Part shown: piece by piece, positions 24,548 through 37,566 of the stretch
How the letters are laid out: every line of letters begins with the position of its first letter
Position numbering within the stretch: the stretch's first letter is position 1
NCBI GenBank assembly: GCA_017654855.1
Contig: CM030338.1
Coordinates: forward strand, 2,232,001-2,296,000
Direction of reading: 5' to 3'
Length of the DNA stretch: 64,000 nucleotides
From: Podospora anserina
Taxonomy: Eukaryota
The notes under the pieces: generated by a model
What the model was told of the DNA's origin: nothing
The model's input: only the letters and a program-made list of their open reading frames with translations
The model's database searches: none
Translations under genes and position numbers: made by a program

Positions 24548-25703
24548 TCAAGCAGCCGCCTTCTTGACATGCGGATGCCCATTCACCCTCGCCCACCCCG
24601 CCACCTGCGCATTCATAATCCTAATCACAAAAAAGTAAATCACCGGCACCACCCACCCCACCACCGTATCCCAAACCCAATTATTCCTCTCGCTCCCCCC
24701 CAAAATCCCACACCTCATCAAATCCCCCAATGTACTAACCGTGACATTATACTGGCCCTTCTCCAACCCCTTCACCGCCCGCTCCGCCACCGTCTCCGGG
24801 CTCTCCGCCGGCTCCTCCTTCTCCAACTCGAGCGTGATCTGCGGCTTGGTCTTGTTCTCCCTCTCCAGCCCAGGAGAAGTAATCGTCCCCGGGTAAACAA
24901 CATGAATCTTGACCGGATGATCAGGATACATCCTCAACTCCATATTCAACGTGTCCGCCAACCCCCTCAACGCCCACTTGCTCGGCGTATAAGGCCCATA
25001 CCCCACAATCGCAAACAACGCCAGCATCGACGCGGTGAAAACGATGTGCTTCGGCTCCGGCTTCTGGCCGATAACCCCTGTATCCTTGGGTTTATTCTCC
25101 GGAGCGAGCCACTCCTTCAAGATGGCTCTGCTCATCTCGGCCGAACCAAAGAAGTTGACATCCATGTTTCTCCGGGTGGCCGCGATGCTGTCGTTGGCGG
25201 GGTCGGCCCAGAGCATGGGGCTTGACAGGCCGGCTATGCACCAGACGATATCGGGGGCCGCACCGGCGTTCCAGGCGATGGCTTGGGCGATGACCGACTC
25301 GGCGTAGTTGGGTTCCGAGACGTCGGCGGAGATGTAGGTGAAGCGTTGCTTGGAGGGGGACCTGGCAGCGGCGGTGACTTTGACAAGGGCTTCTTCTAGG
25401 CGGCCTACGTTGCGCGAGACGAGGATGAGGGAGGCGCCTTTTTTGGCGAGGAGGATGGCGGCTGCTAGGCCCATTCCTTCTGAGGCGCCGGTTATGAGGA
25501 TTGTCTATGAGGGGGAGTTAGTGAGTGAAGGGTGGGATAAGGAGGGGGAAAGGGGGAGGAAATACCTTGCCCTCGACGGGGAAGTGGTTGGTGTTGGTGA
25601 AGAGGCCCATTTTTTTGATGAGGAAGAAGGCGAAGAAGGCAAAGGTGGCGGCTGGGCCGGCGATGTGAGGGGGGACGCCGAGGCGTTGTTCGATGATGTC
25701 CAT
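24548..25703 (-). CDS. TSC10: 3-ketodihydrosphingosine reductase (SDR family, 364 aa); exons 25703-25566, 25504-24548
   Basis: N-terminal TM, NHFPVEGK|TILITGASEGMG Rossmann motif, catalytic YTPSK(WALRGL), PGTITSPG...ENKTKP and a C-terminal hydrophobic segment. Intron 25565-25505 (GTATTT..CTAAC..TAG). Confidence 0.9.
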
Positions 25704-26529
25704 TTGAAGGGTGAATGAGATGGGGAGAAGGTGAGATTTAAATGAAATGCGAGGTGTGATGAGAGGTTGATCTGAAGGGTGGGATTGCAGATGATGACTT
25801 CGGAATTGAGGTCCGTGGGCTCGGACTCGTCGTCTTCTCGAAGGAGAGATGACTTATGATAGCTCACTAAGTTAAGAGTATGAGACCGAGATGTTGCTTA
25901 CACCGTTGAGAAACACGTCGTTGTTCAGGGGCGCGGATCGGATTGACTTTTATGGTTCTGCAGTCTGGCACCGTGTTCCCACAGGCCCTCTGTGGGGTTG
26001 CAGCTGTCCAAGAACTCCTTCCTGCAAGCCCATTTTCCAGGCTTACCTCAGTAGGAAGGTACAAAGAGGATGGATGGTAAATGATAGGGAGAGGGCATGA
26101 TGACAGAATGGAACTGGATTGAATCTTCTTAACAGATAAACTAGTTCTATCCGGCCTGTGTCTAACGGTTTTGATATCACTCAAAAAGCATGAACCCAGT
26201 GCCGTGGTGAAGCCTCACAGTGAGATCAAGCTCACAGGTGGAGAGCTCTCATGGTGAGGGTACCGCTGAACAAGCAGCTGAAAGTGGATCTCGAAACCAG
26301 TGGAGCTCCCGGGGCTGCTGCGGGAAAGGTGGGGCGAACCCAGCCTGCAGGTTCGCTCGGTCGGTGAAGCAGCGAGAGCCAGCAGAAAAAATTCTGCCGC
26401 TTTTGAACCTTCCAAAAGTTCAACACCCAGCCAAAAGGCAGAGCACCCCACATTTGTTGGTAGCAGGCGATTTACAATTGCGCCTGGATTTTGCCAGCAA
26501 TCACCTTTTCTTCGCACAGATCAGTCACA

Positions 26530-28508
26530 ATGGCCAAGAAAAGAAGAGTCTCCCGCAAGGCGGAACCGGCCGGCCCCCGCGATGTCGACGCCAAAGACGC
26601 CAGTTTGACCATCAAGACGTACCGAGATGTCGCCGACTCTGGGGATGAGTACTGGGCTGAGAAGGACCAGATCATGCTGGACAGCGAGGACGAACAACCG
26701 CGCTCGAAGCGCCTCAAGAAGGAGGACGACTTTTTAGAGGTTTCCGACGAGGAGGTTTTCCAGCAAGACGATTCCGACGAGAGCGAAGACGAAGCGCCAG
26801 CCAAGAAGGGCAAGGGCAAGAAGGTCATTGAGCAATATTCCGAAGACGAGGAGCAGCAGGAGGGGGAAGAGGAGGGTGATGAGGGTTGGTGGGGAAATAG
26901 CAAGAAGGAATACTATGATGCCGATCAGATCGAGACCGAGGCCGATGCTCTGGTAGGTTCACGGCGCTTTACGGCTGGGCGCGAGTGCAGGGACTGACAT
27001 GTTTGTGTAGGCAGAGGAAGCAGAGGCAAAGCGTCTCCAGGCCAAGAAATTGGCCAAGATGACTGAGGAGGATTTTGCTTTCGACGAGGACGAATGGATG
27101 GCGCCAAAAGAGGAGGCTGGCGAGGACGAGGTTGTGACGGAGGTTTTGAAAGAGGTGGAAGTAAGAGAGGACATGACACCCGAGGAAAGATACAAGCTGC
27201 TCCAGTCTCGATATCCCGAGTTCGAATACCTGGTGGACGAGTTCGCAGAACTGCAGCCCGTTCTTTCGGAATTACAAAAGGACGCCGTTGGAAAGCCTGC
27301 CAAGTCACTAGCGGTTGTCAAGTCTTGGATTCTGGGGTGCTACGTCGCCTCGCTGGCTAGTTATTTTGCTCTTCTCACATCACCAACAAGGGACGGGAAC
27401 GGTGCTGCGGCAACGCTCAGCCCATCAGAACTCAGAGACCACGAAGTTATGGGGACTTTGATGGAGTGCAGAGAGGCCTGGCTCAAGGTGAAACAGTTCA
27501 GACCAGCCAAGCCTGCCGCCTCAGAAACGGGCATGCTTTCGCCACCAGAAGAGGAGGACGAGGAGATGCTCGACATCGACGAGCCGGCCAAGAAGAGGAA
27601 GTCGAAGCTCTCCAAGGCCGAGATCAGGGCCAAGGAGAAGAAGGAGGCCGACAAGGCGAGGAAAGCCAAGGCGGTCGAGAAGTCTTTGGCTGACCTGTCC
27701 GCTCTTCTCGAGAGCGGCAAGAAGGCCGCCAAGGAGGATGCTGCTCGCGCTGTGCCAACAAACAGTGCGGATATGAACGAAGACTATTCCGACTTTGGCG
27801 AGGAGGATGCTTTGGACGAACATACTGCTGCCGACAAGGCCAAGCGCAAGAAGAGCTTGAGGTTCTATACTTCGCAAATCGTACAAAAGGCCAACAAGCG
27901 TGCTGGGGCTGGTCGCGACGCCGGTGGTGATATGGATATTCCTTATCGTGAGCGTTTGGTAAGTCTTTACGTCTGCATATCCTACTTTTCAGTTGGCGGA
28001 ACTAACATTATCACAGAGGGATCGCCAAGCACGCCTGAACGCTGAGGCTGAACGCCGCGGCAAGAAGGACAGCAAATTCGGCGCCGGCGCTGAGCTGGGC
28101 GGTGACGACAGCGAAGGTGATGAGACCACAGCCAAGCAGGTCCGCGACGACGAGGACGAGTACTACGACATGGTGGCTCAGAAGACACAGCAGAAGAAGG
28201 CCGACAAGGCGGCGCGCTTCGAGGCGCTGGCACAGGCGAAGAAGGACGAGCGCATTGTGGAACAGCAGGAGCTCGGCCCAGACGGCAAGCGCCAGATCAC
28301 CTACCAGATCCAGAAGAACAAGGGCTTGACGCCGCACAGGAAGAAGGAGGTGCGCAACCCGCGTGTGAAGAAGAGGATGAAGTACGAGGAGAAGAAGAAG
28401 AAGCTCAAGAGCGTGCGGGCTGTGTACAAGGGCGGCGAGGGCAAGGGTGGCTACCAGGGAGAGTTGTCTGGTATCAAGACGAATCTCGTCAAGAGTACCA
28501 AGTTGTAG
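26530..28508 (+). CDS. SAS10: SSU processome component Sas10/Utp3 (620 aa); exons 26530-26952, 27011-27958, 28017-28508
   Basis: Acidic N-terminus with WGNSKKEYYDAD and KKSLRFYTSQI..GGDMDIPYRER. Sas10 C-terminal domain KRQITYQIQKNKGLTPHRKKEVRNPRVKKRMKYE...GYQGELSGIKTNLVKS. Two canonical introns. Confidence 0.95.
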
Positions 28509-28686
28509 ATGCATTAATGGCGAATATATGGGCGTTTTGTATCCCAAGGTGGTGTGTTTTCCATGGATTGTTTCTGCGTGAGAGCCCAAAATCAAGATGC
28601 TTTTGGGATTCTACATGTGATGAAGATGCGAAAGGCAACATAAGTTGAAACGCAGACACCTTATTCCATCCAGTAGGAGATCACAA

Positions 28687-28758
28687 GGTTGTATAGTGTA
28701 GCGGTTAGCACCCCAGATTCTGATTCTGGTAACCCCGGTTCGATTCCGGGTACGACCT
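28687..28758 (+). tRNA. tRNA-Gln (anticodon CTG), intronless, 72 nt
   Basis: Acceptor GGTTGTA/TACGACC; anticodon arm CCAGA-TTCTGAT-TCTGG; T arm CCCGG-TTCGATT-CCGGG; T-run terminator just downstream. Confidence 0.96.
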
Positions 28759-29708
28759 CATTCTTTTGCTTTTTAGCACCTCATTCCATGAGAATTATTG
28801 CTGATAATTTTCTCCATCCATCAGTCACCGTCTATGATTTTCCGCATTTCTTTTTGCTCAGTATCCTCCGTCGTCCTCCGCTGCCTCATGGTGTTAGTGT
28901 ATTCTTGCTCCCCATATAGATGTCGTGAGATAAGAATGATGTCTTTAGCCCAAAACCTGGAGCAAATGTCAGTTTCACCGCTTTGGGTTCTTAAAGTATC
29001 CAATCAAGTACCATAATAATCCAGGATTCTCGAATCCTTCTCCGATGATCGTCCTCACCTTTGTTCAACCGTTGGTGTTAAGATAAAGCTCGGCAAGTAT
29101 GACGTCATATCGAAAGTTCCTTCACCAACGTCATCCCAACGGTCTTCGAAATACATATCAGCTCCGGACGGCTTAACACTGTACCTTTCGACTGCTAGCC
29201 CTGAGGAGAATAGGTACAATCTCGAGCATCTGGTTCAACGAGCGTTGAACAGAGAGTCCAGATTCATCTTCTTGATGTCCTGTGGAATGCGATGATGGCA
29301 AATGCAGGCTCGGCGATGATCAGGTCTTGGCTGGATCTCCCAATGGCACCAGAGTTCCTTCTCGGTTGCGCCATTGAAAGATCGGAAGAGCATGCCGTTC
29401 AGGTGTCTGATAAGGTAAAGGAACTGGGCGTGGGACGGACTAGCAAACCAGTAAGCGTGACTGGCTCCTGGCAACCGCCTACGTCACGTCCCTTCCCGAC
29501 TTGAGGATGCATGTCGGTGCGATGAGGTAGTGCTTTCCATGGGTTTCACCAGCTCATTCATAGCAGCATATAAACTGTTGGCTTTCTTGCTTGGCAGCTC
29601 TTTTGTTCTATTCCACAAACTGAACCGAGAGAGAGTCGTGAACCATACCGTCACCACCACCAACAAACTACAGCACCTCACTCTAGCAAGAATATTTCCA
29701 CGGCCAGC

Positions 29709-30883
29709 ATGGAGACCATTAACACTATCAAAGACGCCGCTACCAAGGCTATTTGGGGCGATCCCGAAGCCCACAAGGAGCCAGTCTCTGGACGCATGGG
29801 CAACACCGCTGCTGGCGAGCCATACGATGCCGGCAACATTGAATCAACCTCTACTGCTCTCAAGACCACCAACCCCAACCCAGAAGTCGAACCTATCAAC
29901 ACTCCTCTGAAGACAGAGAACACGGACGAGGTTGTCACCAACGCCGAGTTCAACAAGAACGCCAACCCCTCAGCTACTAGTGTTGAGCTTCCCCCGGCCA
30001 CGCCCTCCGAGAAGCCCAGCGCCACGACCACCGCCGTCACAACCAAGGACGATGCCGATTCCAGCAAACCAGACACCAACCCCGCCGCAGCCCAGCCGTC
30101 ATCCAATATCCCGGGCGACTCGACCCACGCTCAGAACGACACTCGTGCTCCCACTAACCCACTTGCGGTTCACCACTCCGTCGGCGAGACCGGCAAGCCT
30201 GATGCCAAGAAGAATGTTGACGACAGCGGCGATGGAGTCGACAAGTCTGACAACCCCGTCAAGATCGATGGTCCTGGCCCACGACCCTTGGAGGTGTTAG
30301 CCAAGGAACATGGTGGTGATGCCGGTGCTAAGGCTAGAGATGAGAGGAAGGGACAGAGGTCAAGCAGTGTCGACACCCAAGAGGACCACGAGGATGGGAC
30401 GGGGGAGCTGTATGTTCGTAGCAGTGGGCTGAAGGCTGATGGCGGTGACTTTGATGCTGCCGCGCCGGGTGCTGGGAAGGAGGCTGATCGTATGTATTCA
30501 CAACACCAACCCTTTGTTTGATGTATGCTGACATGATACCAGGTCTTATGGAGGAAGAGAAGCGCCACCCCCACCACCGTGAGACAACCACGGACAAGCA
30601 CAGTGATAAGAAGCACCACATCTCTCTGCCCCACCATAAGAAGAAGGACAGCGGGTATGAGCATGGTGTTGAGGATGGCAAGGCCAAGGAGAGTGTTGCG
30701 GAGGACCACATTGGGAATGGGTCTGCTACCACGGCCCATGACAAGCATGTTCCTGAGGAGGAGGTTACGCACAATTGGGACTTGAAGTCGACGAAGCCGG
30801 CGGATTTGGAGCACAAGGAGAAGACGAGCTTGAAGGAGAAGATTAAGCAGAAGTTGCACCGGGGGTCTGTTGGGTCTAACTAA
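29709..30883 (+). CDS. Conserved fungal hydrophilic hypothetical protein (373 aa); exons 29709-30489, 30543-30883
   Basis: Motifs seen in a Pezizomycotina family (AATKAIWG..EPVSG..G...GEPYDAGN; GTGELYVRSSGLKADGGDFDA..PGAGKEADRL; C-terminal KTSLKEKIKQKLH). Intron 30490-30542 (GTATGT..GCTGAC..CAG). Confidence 0.8.
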
Positions 30884-31070
30884 GGTGGTGAGGAATGAAG
30901 GAATGATGCTGCCATGGGATAAGGTTAATGACTTGCGGGCTATGAAGCTATGAGTATCTTTGTCTTTGTTTTTTTTTTTCTCTTTCTGTATCAATATCCC
31001 CAGCTATCTGTCTTGAGTCTTGACCAAATAAAAGAGCATTTCCTTCAAATAACCTCCATCGAAGCAAGAG

Positions 31071-31198
31071 GGCCAGATGGCCGAGCGGTCTAAGGCGCCA
31101 CGTTAAGGTGAAAATCTTGATATCAACTCCACATTCGCTAGGATGTGAGAAGTTCCGTGGTCTCGTAAGGGGCGTGAGTTCGAATCTCACTCTGGTCA
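31071..31198 (+). tRNA. tRNA-Leu (anticodon AAG) with 46-nt intron (31109-31154)
   Basis: Acceptor GGCCAGA/TCTGGTC; D arm GCCGAGCGGTCTAAGGC; anticodon stem CCACG/CGTGG with TTAAGG then the intron; long variable arm; T arm GTGAG-TTCGAAT-CTCAC. The mature length of 82 nt fits a class II tRNA. Confidence 0.95.
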
Positions 31199-31477
31199 AT
31201 GAGTTGTCTTTTGCATTTCTTTGCCATGGGTTTATTTATTTTTGGGAGTTGCAGGTGAGATTTTCGAAGGTGTAGATTTTTACTAGTTTTGGTGTAGAAG
31301 TCTTGGAGGTGGTGGTGTGCAAATTTGCAGGTATCATGTGTAGTATTCAGGGGTATTAACTATCAACGCAACCACAGAGTCGCAGCCGGTGTACCAAAAG
31401 AAAACTATATGCCAGGTCATTATCCAAATCCGTCGTTATTCATCATCTTCGTTTATTTCGTCCCGAGAGATGGGCAA

Positions 31478-32995
31478 TCATAAGTCGGTTTGGTCTTTCA
31501 AATATCCATGCTCTTCCCATACTTGAAAGATTTTGTCTCTTATTGCTTCGTGGCCGGCTGATCTCTGTTTCACATGAGTACTCAAGTCAGCACTCGACAT
31601 GAAAGAAATAAATCATCCATGTCTTGAAAGTGTAAGTAGGGAGGTATGGAGACTGTTACTCACAGGATGAAAAGTCTTGCCGTAATACGTCGGCGTCAAC
31701 CTCATTGAATCCCCCGGTTTTGTTGTTGTTGTTGTTGTTGTCGTCGTCCACCCCTTCCAAACCCCCTCCCCCTTTTCTACCCCACGCCTATAATGCACCC
31801 TCAACCTCAACCCCGGATCTTCCCTCTTCGCCTTGGCCATCAAGCAAACAGCCTTCTCCCCCCAATCCCCCCTTTCCGCCGCCTCTTCCCAGCAGCGCTC
31901 CGGGTCGAGGTAGTAGTATCCCACCCCTTCTTCGTTTTCTTCCCGCAAAGAAGTATAAACCCTCCCCTCCCCGTCAACATCCCCACCCCCCGGCAAAAAA
32001 AACCACGTCTCCCTCCTCTCATAATCCGGCTCTTTTGCCACCCCAGGCTCGCAAAACCGATGCCCATCAAACAGGCTGTCATGATCGACAAAAACGACTT
32101 TTTTTCTCTTCCCGCTACCAGAAAAAGAGGCATTCACCTCCTCTATCATCCCCCTTATCAAATCATTGGCTTTGAGCACCAAATCGTTCATCTTCCCTCT
32201 TATGTCCCTCGTCAATTTCGCCGCCGCGGCCGTGTGGGAAACATCCCAGATCCCAAACGAAACATCATCACACGCAGTGGTGTTCTCGTTGAAGAACCTC
32301 GCGTAGCCAGTGACGGTGATGAAGAAAGACGGGTGCCTCTCCCAGGGGATCTTATTCAATATCTCCAGCAGGAGGAGCCTGATACGCAACCGGAGTTTTT
32401 GATCGTTGAGGAGGATGGAGGAGACCGTTTTTAGGGCGGAGTCGCACGAGGAAGGGGAAAAGGGGCCGTAGAAGCGGAAGATGCATGCGTTGAGGAGGGA
32501 GAAGAAGTCGAGGTCGTTGCCGGATATGGACAGGGTTGCAAAGGTTGGGGAGGTGAGGTTGAAGGCGTCGATTTGGGAGGTGGAGGGGGAGGGGGGGAGG
32601 GAGGAGAGGATGTCGTTTGTTGTTGCGCCTGTGCAGGAGAGCCATTGGTGTTGATGGGAGGTGGTATGGTTTAGGGAGGAGGCGAGGAGGTGGGGATAGG
32701 CTCCGAGGCCTTGACGGCAGGGGGGGGAGGGGGAGGGGAGGTCGGGGCGGGTGCCGATGCCGGCTGAGTAGCTGTCGCCGAGGGAGATGAAGCCTGGGAT
32801 GGGGGGGGGGTTCTGGTTGTTGTTGTTGTTGTTGTTGGAGGTGGTGGTGGTGGTGGTGGTGGAGAGGACATGTTGGTGGTGGTGGTTGTCGGGGGGTTTG
32901 AACGGTTCGGAGAGGGTAAGGGCGGATGTGAGAGTTGGGAGGAGGAGGAGGAGGAGGAGGAGGAGGAGGAGGATAGGGGTTGTGGTTGTGAGCAT
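31478..32995 (-). CDS. Secreted SGNH/GDSL hydrolase (esterase/lipase; 472 aa); exons 32995-31664, 31564-31478
   Basis: Poly-Leu signal peptide; block I GDSYSAG, CTGATT, block III ISGNDLDF, FDGHRFCE and block V KTFHP|RSAGHEAI, completed via intron 31663-31565 (GTGAGT..GCTGAC..CAG). Confidence 0.88.
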
Positions 32996-34726
32996 CGTTG
33001 CAGTGTGGTGGTGTTGCAACAGATCTGAACAGTCAGTTTGATATGCAATAGGAGCATATAAATCTCGCTTCCTTGGAGAAAAGGAAGCAGCCTTTCGTTC
33101 CTTATCACACAAGATACCTAGGTGGTCTACAAGTCCGCCCTCGCACTTTGCTATCCAGCCTGACCTTCTCATTGTCACAAGAACACAAGGCAGCAGCTCT
33201 CAACCACGTGAATCAAAGACTCACCGAGCTTAAAGCTTGCTGCGCGGCTCAGTCAGTAAGGCTATGAGTACCTTTCTTTCATCAACGTGCCTGCCCTATT
33301 GGTTACCAGCTGCTCGAGCTTCCAGCCCCTCCTAACCCAACCCCAACCCCTACCCCAACAACGGTAAGCTTTGGACAAAGGGTAGGAAAGTCATCTGAAT
33401 GGGCTAGGTATCTCTCCTATTGGCGATCAGTATATATCATGGATCCATCGCATCACAATAAGGAATTTGACGTTGAAGTGTTTTCTGTTCTTTGCCAAGG
33501 AGGCGGGTTGCAGAAAGATCTTATCTAATCACTTGCACGCCCCAGAGCTACCTCCTACATAAACCAACCACCAAGACAAGTCCAATCACTAATTCTTCAA
33601 TCAACCATCAAGCAGTTCTAGAACCCTCAACCCCCCTTCTCCGATCAAGATTTGCTCACCCAACTCCTCATCATCCCCTATAAACAAAGATGCCGTCCCT
33701 CCCGAATTGGCCACCAATCCATCAAGATCACCGTTGACCACCAACACCACCACCCAATCCTGCATCCCCAACTTGGCATACCTCACTCTTCCCCCCATCC
33801 CTTCCGCGGGACGTTCTAGCGCAAACGCAAGTCAATTTATCCTACCGTCTTCTCACCGTCAGCGTCACATCAGCTAAAAACTCGGGATATTTATCCGCGG
33901 TAATACGCAAAGTTACATACATCGAAAGCGACTTGCATGGAAGAAAAGATCCCAGCACGGTGGATTTGGTAGTAGTTACTATTTCTGTCTCGGTGTTTCT
34001 ATCCACGTGGTCCTTGTATAATTTTAATATAGCCAACGGCGAACAACAATAGAACGGGAGGGGTAGCTAGGTAAGAGGTGGTGGTCATCGGTACCTACCT
34101 ACCTACCCAGACGTGGGCCGTCGAGTTTTTCAGATTGAGATGAAGATGGGAACTAGAATTTTATGAGCCTGAGAAGGGTTGTTCTATCCAACCCCAGAAA
34201 GGAAACATCATCGTCACCGGGGAGAGTTACGTGAATGTAAACCGCAGTTGTTGTAAATGCTCTTTTTATTCTCCATGTCACCATCACCACGGAAGAAAAA
34301 TCCATATCAAAAACACACATGTTTATATGCAAAATCTCGCACTCATGTTTATTCTTTTTAAATTGAGTAGCTTTGTTAATTCTTTCCTTTCACCCATTGT
34401 CATCTACCATCATACATATCCATCCACCATTCACCATTCACCATCCACCCTTCCCCAACTCTTTCCATGCTAACCCCCCACATCCATATCCGTCATGATA
34501 TTCGTCAAATTTGTCTGTGTGCGTCTGTATCTCTCAAGTAAAAAAAGTATCCCCACCCAAAAGTCATACTCAGCCGTGATTATACACACGATTAATTCCC
34601 CAAAAAAACAACAACACCAAGAAACTCTTTCCCGTAGACACCAAGCTTTAAAAACCCCCCAAAGAAGAAAAAACGCACAAAAAAGTATCAAGCACGGCTC
34701 TCCCAAGAATCAATTATTACATCCCC

Positions 34727-37566
34727 TTACAACGCCGGCGGCGTCAAAAACGGACTCAACATCAAATCATCCGCACTCGGCCTCTTGTTATGATCAATCT
34801 CAAACGTCTGCCCCAAAAACTGCCTCGCCTCCTCGCTCGCATGCTCCGGGATCGTCGGCGTGGCCTTCGCCCCCCCAATCTTGAAAATGGCCTGCAGCTG
34901 CGTGCAATCCGGGAACGGATGCGTCCCCGTAAACATTTCAACAACAAGACACCCAAGCGACCAGATATCCGCCTTGCGGGTGTAAGACGTTTGCTTGACC
35001 ACTTCTGGTGCCATCCAGAACACTGACCCCTGCAGCGAAGGCCGGTGTTTATTATTGTTGGCCCCGTTGAGAATGTTTGTTGCTTCCAGCTTCTTCGAGA
35101 TGCCAAAATCCGAGATTTTGATGGTGCCCTTGTTGTCGACGAGGATGTTGGCGCCCTTGATGTCGCGGTGGATGATGTCCATGTTGTGGAGGTAGGAAAG
35201 GCCGTTGAGGATTTGCTTGACGAAGCTGCGGACCAAGGGCTCGGGGAGGGCGCCGTACGAGTTAAGCATGGTTTGGACTGAGCCGCCGGGGACGTATTCG
35301 AGGAAAATGTTGAGGTATTCGGCTGATGATCCGCAGCCGAGGTATTGCACAATGTTGGGGTGCCGGAGGTCGCGGAGGAGACTGATTTCACGCTTGAGCG
35401 CCTCGATCATGCTCTTCTTTCGGGCGTCGCTCTGGCTGTTGGCGCCGGGCGATGGGGTCTCGACTTGCTTTACGGCGAGAAGCTCGCCAGTGACGGCGTG
35501 GAGGGCGAGGTAGACGCAACCAAAAGACCCCTGACCAATGAGCGCACCCTTCATCCACTTGCTGTCATCCCAGGAGTCGCCAGCGAGGAAGCTCTGAAGC
35601 TCTTCATCGGCATCCTCTCCGTCGTCGGTGAGGGCCTGGTTGACTTCTTGGAGAGAACCGCCAGATCCGACGGTGCTGTCGCCGTCAAAGTAGCTGTGTC
35701 GGACCACGTTTCCATCTGGGTCGGTGATGCTGACGGCAGCAGTACCGGCATCTGAGCTGCTATCCGCAAAAGACACATAAGACTTGCGGTTCGGTTCGAT
35801 AGGTGATGACTCCTCCTGTAGAGTGTCGAGAACGGAGGAGGCGACCGAGTCCCGGTACCCATGGTTGAGGCGGCCCAGCTGGTTTCCAGGACGGACCCTG
35901 GCGACTTGGTTGGAAGCAGTGAGCCAACTGTCGGCAATGGTAGGAATAGGAGGTGCGTCCTGAATGCTGGACGCAAAGCTCAGGGTGCTGGCAACACTGA
36001 GGCGGTGGTTCACCCTGCTAAGGCGCTGCGACCTACGCATGGACATGCGGGCTGTCCTGTCGATAGCCTCTCTGGAGTGGTCAGGGAAATAGCTGGTAAG
36101 ATCCGACGCGATCAACTCGCTGGGCGGTCTTAGCCCGCCGAACTGTCGAAGAACCTTGCGGCTGCGGGGCATTCGTGGTGTCTCAGCGGGTGCCGGACGC
36201 TCCAAGTCTCTGGCGGTGTTGTACACATTTCTTTCTCGGTCTTGATGGTCCTGATAAGACACAGGTGAAAGGGGCGGCTGCTGAATAGTTTCCCACGATT
36301 CACCCAAGACCTTTTGTGCCTTTAGTTGACTTCGCTTGTCCATAGTCTCCATGGAGCGATTGTGGTTTTGTTGCGCCTCCTCCATGGCAATCGCAGCTGC
36401 TCTTTCTAATTCGGCGAATCCTGGCTCCCCGGCAGGAACACGTCGTAGGATGAGGCGATTTCGTTCTGGTCGGGTGTGGTCTTTGATCACCCTCCAGAGT
36501 TCAGTATCACCAAGGCGACGGCACTTATGTGGGTCGTCACCACCGACCAAGACCCAGAAGCAGTAGTTTCTCTCATGATCCTCCCGTAAAGCGAACTTGC
36601 GCAATGTGACGCGCATGACTTCCTCGCAGGTGTTGCAGTCGGCGATCTTAACAACCTTGGTGACACCACCTGTCGAGATAACCCGGATCACATCCTGTCC
36701 AGGGGGCAAAGCGGCCATTAGTGATGAGCCATCCGACTGAGTTCTGGTGTGGCTTGCCATCAGACGGCCTGTGTGTGGTGGCTCGGGCGGAGACATGGGG
36801 AAGATGGCCGTCGCAGGAGTTGGTTGACTGTATGCTGTGTGAGGTGGTTGAGGATATCTCTGCTGCTGTTGGCGGGCGCTTCTGAAGCCACCGGAAGACT
36901 GAGGAGAGGTAGGCCTTGAGGGGTTTTGGTTGTCAACACCGGGAACAGCAGCTGGGAAATCGAATTGGCGCGAATACCTCTTATTGCTCGCTGGCATCCC
37001 GCGACCACTGGCCCCAGTATTTGGTTGGTGCCGTGGTGATTGTGAGGAGGGCGCATATTGGACATCAAGCCCCGCAAAGGAATCCTACTCGACCTGTTAG
37101 CCCAACAGTCGTCCCTTGGCCATACATACTGTTTGTCACCTACCCTGTTGCGCCTCTTTTGGTTGGCGTATGTCTTGGTCCGCAACTTCTTGATGCTCAG
37201 GAACAAGCGCACACGATCGCCCACCTTGTCAATGCCCATCTCCTTCAGCACCTCCTTATCCATCTCCAACAAGTTGTCTCCATTGATGTGATTCCTGCGA
37301 AAGATCTTTTCGTATTCGCCACACTTGACGCTCCGCAGGTACTCGCAAACCCTATCTTCATCCCAATTCTTGACCGAGTCCGGACCGTCGACGTCAGAAA
37401 ACTCCGACTCGGTCGGGCTTTGGTAATTTTGGGTGGCCATCTGAACGGCGGGCGCGCGTCTCGAGGAGGGGTAGGCAGAGGCGGTCTGGGGCGTGTTCAC
37501 CATCATGGCCGACGGCTGCGAGCCCAGCGAAGCCGGAAATGTCGACTTGGAAGCCAACATTGCCAT
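34727..37566 (-). CDS. STE11: MAP kinase kinase kinase Ste11/NRC-1/SteC type (926 aa; SAM, Ras-association and kinase domains); exons 37566-37144, 37084-34727
   Basis: SAM domain (WDEDRVCEYL...INGDNLLEM..LKEMGIDKVGDRVRL); RA-like region; RPPSELI motif; kinase WMKGALIGQGSFG, HRDIKGANIL, DFG, SLQGSVFWMAPE. Intron 37143-37085 (GTAGGT..GCTAAC..TAG). Confidence 0.96.

Noticed and set aside
33328-33362. CCTAACCCAACCCCAACCCCTACCCCAAC as an interstitial telomere
   Set aside because: Too short and degenerate, with no run of perfect CCCTAA units.
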